Virus record (IMG/VR): IMGVR_UViG_3300025687_000029
Span: 1-64,000 of that record
DNA: 64,000 nucleotides
Source: a virus
Strand: one strand, 5' to 3'
Shown here: positions 60,414 through 64,000 of the stretch, piece after piece
Layout: every line of letters starts with the position of its first letter
How positions within the stretch are numbered: position 1 is the stretch's first letter
Program-made: the position numbers and the translations under genes
Notes under the pieces: generated by a model
The model's input: only the letters and a program-made list of their open reading frames with translations
Databases searched by the model: none
Told to the model about the DNA's origin: nothing

Positions 60414-60705
60414 TAATAAAGAAAAATCAGATAGGTTTAATGAAGGTAAACTTAAATGGTCTTTAGTACACTATAAATCTCTGGAACCTATGATTAAGGT
60501 TCTGGAGATGGGTGCTAAAAAATATAGCCCTGATAATTGGAAGAAGGGTTTAGATCTTAAAGAAGTTCAAGAATCTATGCAAAGACATTTAGCTTCATTA
60601 ATGGACGGTGAAACTCATGATAAGGAATCTGGAGAATTACATATGGGTCATATTATGTGTAATGCTATGTTTTGGGTATATCATTATAATAAAAATATTA
60701 AGTAA
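60406..60705 (+). CDS. dATP/dGTP diphosphohydrolase domain protein (DUF5664-like)
   Basis: GKLKWSL, GAKKYSPDNWKKG, MQRHL, DKESGELH..H..CN. Confidence 0.8.
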   Translation: MSDNKEKSDRFNEGKLKWSLVHYKSLEPMIKVLEMGAKKYSPDNWKKGLDLKEVQESMQRHLASLMDGETHDKESGELHMGHIMCNAMFWVYHYNKNIK

Positions 60706-60717
60706 GGAAGGGATTAT

Positions 60718-61368
60718 ATGAACATTGAAACAATAGAAGTATGTGGTTTTCCTGGAGTATTAAAAGCTCTCAGGAAGCCATTTAAGAAAGAAATGAGGAG
60801 TACTTATAATATTGATGTATTCTATGGAGAAAATACAGGACTACAGGACATTATTACTAAATCTAGTACTATTAGGATTCACCCTGAAGATATTAAACTA
60901 ATGAGTAAATTAGTTAAAGCTGGTGATGAGCATAGTAAGGCACTCAGAGGATTAATAGTATATGCTGATTTTGAACTCCCAAGATACATTTGGTCAGAGT
61001 TTGATACATATCGTATAGGTAAAGAATGTTTAAGTTCTGAAAGTACTATGCATACTATTCTTAATGAAGATATTACAGAAAATAATTTTGATGGTATAGA
61101 TGATAATATTTCAGATATGATTATAGATCAATTTATTGATGCTGTCGATACAATTAAACAATCACAATTACCAAATAAAATAAAAAAGTTATCTATTAAA
61201 TCTATTCTTCCAGAATCATATCTTCAAACTAGAACTTTAATGTTATCTTACCAAGCTTTAAGAAGAATATACTTTCAGAGAAGACATCACGAATTACCTA
61301 TTTGGAAATCAGTATGTAACTGGATAAAAGAATTACCTTATAGTAAAGAACTAATAACAATTGAATAA
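60718..61368 (+). CDS. ThyX-like flavin-dependent thymidylate synthase-related protein
   Basis: EHSKALR, PRYIWSEFDTY, SESTMH, LPESYLQ, RRHHELPIW. Confidence 0.6.
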   Translation: MNIETIEVCGFPGVLKALRKPFKKEMRSTYNIDVFYGENTGLQDIITKSSTIRIHPEDIKLMSKLVKAGDEHSKALRGLIVYADFELPRYIWSEFDTYRIGKECLSSESTMHTILNEDITENNFDGIDDNISDMIIDQFIDAVDTIKQSQLPNKIKKLSIKSILPESYLQTRTLMLSYQALRRIYFQRRHHELPIWKSVCNWIKELPYSKELITIE

Positions 61369-61889
61369 TGAAAGTAAAAATAAAGAAAACACACAAAGAT
61401 GCAATAATTCCTAAATATGCAAAACCAGGAGATGCTGGGATGGATTTAACTGCTGTAAGTAAGATATATGATAAATACGGTAATGTATCTTATGGTACTG
61501 GATTAGCTTTTGAAATACCTAAAGGTTATGTAGGATTATTATTTCCTAGAAGTAGTAATTGTAAAAAAGATTTATTATTAAGTAATTCTGTAGGTATTTT
61601 GGATTCTGGATATAGAGGTGAGGTTTTTGTAAAATATAGACCTTCTGCTATGTTTTTTGAAGATGCATATGCTCCTGAAAATGATATAGGTACAAACGAG
61701 GATTTCTTTGACACAATTGTATTACCTAGAATTGACGAAGGGAATCATCAAGGATATGAAGAATATGACGTAGGAGATAGAATATGTCAATTAATAATTA
61801 TGCCTTATCCTCAAATAGAATTTGAAGAAGTAGATGAATTATCTGACACTGAAAGGTCTACAGGAGGATTTGGATCAACAGGAAATTAA
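61368..61889 (+). CDS. dut: dUTPase (trimeric)
   Basis: AGMDL, PRSS, GILDSGYRGE, RICQL, RSTGGFGSTG. Confidence 0.95.
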   Translation: MKVKIKKTHKDAIIPKYAKPGDAGMDLTAVSKIYDKYGNVSYGTGLAFEIPKGYVGLLFPRSSNCKKDLLLSNSVGILDSGYRGEVFVKYRPSAMFFEDAYAPENDIGTNEDFFDTIVLPRIDEGNHQGYEEYDVGDRICQLIIMPYPQIEFEEVDELSDTERSTGGFGSTGN

Positions 61890-61941
61890 TATCGGCTAAT
61901 AACCCGATATTTTCAATTATCGTTTAAAAACCCGATATTTT

Positions 61942-62757
61942 ATGAAAACTGTATTAATAACAGGAAGTGCTGGTAATTTAGCCAGAGAAATAATTAAAGA
62001 ATTAAAAGGTAAATACTTTACTATTGGTCTTGATATGTTACCAAGTAAGACTGATATTAGTCAAGAAGTAGTTTTATCTGATTATAATATAGAAGAATTA
62101 CTACAAACTTATGATCCGGATATAATAATTCATCTTGCAGGTACAAGTAGACCTGTAGACTGTCAGAAAGATGTTTTATCTGCAATGGATAATAATTTTA
62201 AAATAACAGATCAAATTATTAGATATTGTAATAAAACAGATGTTCATCTTATATATCCTTCTTCTATTCATGTATTTAGTGATAGTACTGAGGAATATAT
62301 AGAATCTTCTCATTTAGATCCAATAAACTCTTATGGACTCACCAAAGCATTATCTGAGAAATATATTATAAGAAATCTTAAAAAATATACTATTCTTAGA
62401 CTAGATGGAGTTATTGGAGAAGAATCCAGATTAATTAAAGATACTGTTATAAGAGGTTTAAATGGTATTTCTTCAGAAATGTATGTTAATACTATACGAA
62501 GCTTTCTAAGAGAAGATGACTTAGCTAAAACTGTTGAATTTATTATAAAAAATAATAAATATGGTATCTATAATTTAAGAGGCCCTGAGTCTAAAACAAT
62601 GTATGAATGGGGAATAAATATAGCTGATAAGTATGGATTTGATAAAGATCTTATAGTAGCTACACATTCCAGAAATATTCATGATGTAAAGAGAATTATT
62701 CTTAATATTGATAAAGCTAAAGAAGAATTAATGTTTGAACCTAAAAGTATATTGTAA
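61942..62757 (+). CDS. NAD-dependent epimerase/dehydratase (extended SDR, RmlD-like)
   Basis: ITGSAGNLA, IIHLAG, YPSS, YGLTK. Confidence 0.85.
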   Translation: MKTVLITGSAGNLAREIIKELKGKYFTIGLDMLPSKTDISQEVVLSDYNIEELLQTYDPDIIIHLAGTSRPVDCQKDVLSAMDNNFKITDQIIRYCNKTDVHLIYPSSIHVFSDSTEEYIESSHLDPINSYGLTKALSEKYIIRNLKKYTILRLDGVIGEESRLIKDTVIRGLNGISSEMYVNTIRSFLREDDLAKTVEFIIKNNKYGIYNLRGPESKTMYEWGINIADKYGFDKDLIVATHSRNIHDVKRIILNIDKAKEELMFEPKSIL

Positions 62758-62762
62758 TTATT

Positions 62763-62789
62763 AGGAGGGATTAACTTCCCTCCTTTTTT
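62763..62789. terminator. Terminator between convergent units
   Basis: AGGAGGGA-ttaact-TCCCTCCT-TTTT. Confidence 0.75.
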
Positions 62790-64000
62790 AAAACTTCTCA
62801 TAATAATCAAAAAAATCTAATATTTCAGACCAAAAAGGTACTTTCTTCATAGTATAGTGACCAAAACCGGTCTGATCATTTTTTTTAGTATCCTCATTAT
62901 ACCAAAACCTCTCCTCTCCAAAAGCAGTATCTATAGTTTCATCAAGGGTATTTCCAAGTATATTACTAGCATCTTCCAGTAGTCTATAAATTACTAGAGG
63001 ATTCTGTAATAACTGATCAGCAGAGCCTTTATCATAGAAAAAGGTTAGCTCTAAAGCTGATCTCTTAACTAATCTATAAGCATATAAAGTAAATAAATTA
63101 GTTTCTTCATCATCATCCCATCCTGCAAAGAATCCTAACATTGCAGCAGCAGTAGATAGTATCATTATAGTTCTAGCTTCTTGAATAGTAGCTCTAAGCT
63201 TTCCTTCCAGCATTGGAATATACCACTCTTTAAATTCATCAAATGTAAATTCTGTTTCAGGATTCTTTAACATAAATCTTTGATAAGACTTTTCAAGATT
63301 TTGCTGATTAATTTCTTTTGAATACATACCAAAAGATAATAACTCACCAGATACTTTACCTAACTCTTTAAGAGTTGGAATAAATCCATTACCAATTATA
63401 TCACCCCAAGCTGCTCTAATTCTACCTTCATTATAAGACTCTAAGGTGTTATCATATTTTAGTTTACCAAATCTTGACATTGCAGAGCCTGGAATCCACT
63501 GTTTGAATTTCATTAATATTCTATAAATTAGAGCAGTGTCCATAATAGAAGTATTTTCTCTATTAGTAGATCCTTTTATTAAATATGCAATACGTTGTAC
63601 TTTTGCTCTAAAACTATCAAATTCTTCATTTAGATTTTCAATATTCTTAATCTCTAACTTATCATCTTTTATAGAAATGCTGTCATAAAGGCTTGGAGCA
63701 TCTTTATTAATAAGTTTATCAGTCTTTGGATTCTTAATTTTACCATCTGAATCAACTTTATAATGCCTTACCATTGATAATAATATCTGATTATCAACAG
63801 AATTATCACCCCATTCATGTAACTTTAAAGCATTCCTCATGGTAATTGTAGAAACTAATTTAGAAGCTGACTGCTCTATAGCTTGCTCATAATTAAAGTT
63901 TCTTGAAGTAGGCTTAAACAATTCAACTATAGAAACTCCTTTCTTATCTTTGTTAGTGAGTTCTTTCCTTGAATCTTTAAATCCCATATTAGTAAAAAAT
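62788..64000 (-). CDS. C-terminal part of a large virion-injected protein (RNA polymerase/cargo block)
   Basis: Frame is open beyond the window end; MKFKQWIP, YNEGR and a C-terminal TM segment; the position matches the giant-gene block of crAss-like phages. Confidence 0.55.
   Translation of the reverse strand, partial: FFTNMGFKDSRKELTNKDKKGVSIVELFKPTSRNFNYEQAIEQSASKLVSTITMRNALKLHEWGDNSVDNQILLSMVRHYKVDSDGKIKNPKTDKLINKDAPSLYDSISIKDDKLEIKNIENLNEEFDSFRAKVQRIAYLIKGSTNRENTSIMDTALIYRILMKFKQWIPGSAMSRFGKLKYDNTLESYNEGRIRAAWGDIIGNGFIPTLKELGKVSGELLSFGMYSKEINQQNLEKSYQRFMLKNPETEFTFDEFKEWYIPMLEGKLRATIQEARTIMILSTAAAMLGFFAGWDDDEETNLFTLYAYRLVKRSALELTFFYDKGSADQLLQNPLVIYRLLEDASNILGNTLDETIDTAFGEERFWYNEDTKKNDQTGFGHYTMKKVPFWSEILDFFDYYEKF

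Noticed and set aside
1-64000. Stop-codon reassignment as seen in some crAss-like phages
   Set aside because: Long genes (TerL, portal, MCP, PolB) are intact in the standard code, and tRNA-Gln has CUG, not CUA.

Overview
This window is about 64 kb of an AT-rich, CpG-poor crAss-like (Crassvirales-type) phage, probably infecting Bacteroidota. The minus strand from 1 to about 29.2 kb carries the virion module: fibre/spike genes, tail hub and ring proteins, major capsid protein, scaffold, GroES, portal and terminase. It also carries accessory genes and tRNAs. A divergent, structured non-coding switch region lies at about 29.3-29.7 kb. The plus strand from 29.7 to 62.8 kb has many small early genes, then a PolB/helicase/primase replication module and nucleotide-metabolism genes. 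The last 1.2 kb is the end of a large convergent minus-strand gene. The standard genetic code fits throughout. The most notable element is a 1.2-kb integron-like cassette array (37423-38620) with self-complementary TTAG...CTAAC boundaries, in which ORFs start inside the attC-like hairpin and run across the predicted crossover, so recombination would shuffle protein halves. Also notable are several tRNA-like RNAs with aberrant or missing anticodon arms, multiple unannotated multi-helix ncRNA candidates, and an ~85-aa domain grafted into four structural proteins and nested within itself in one. All protein calls come from motif recognition and gene order; no database searches were run.
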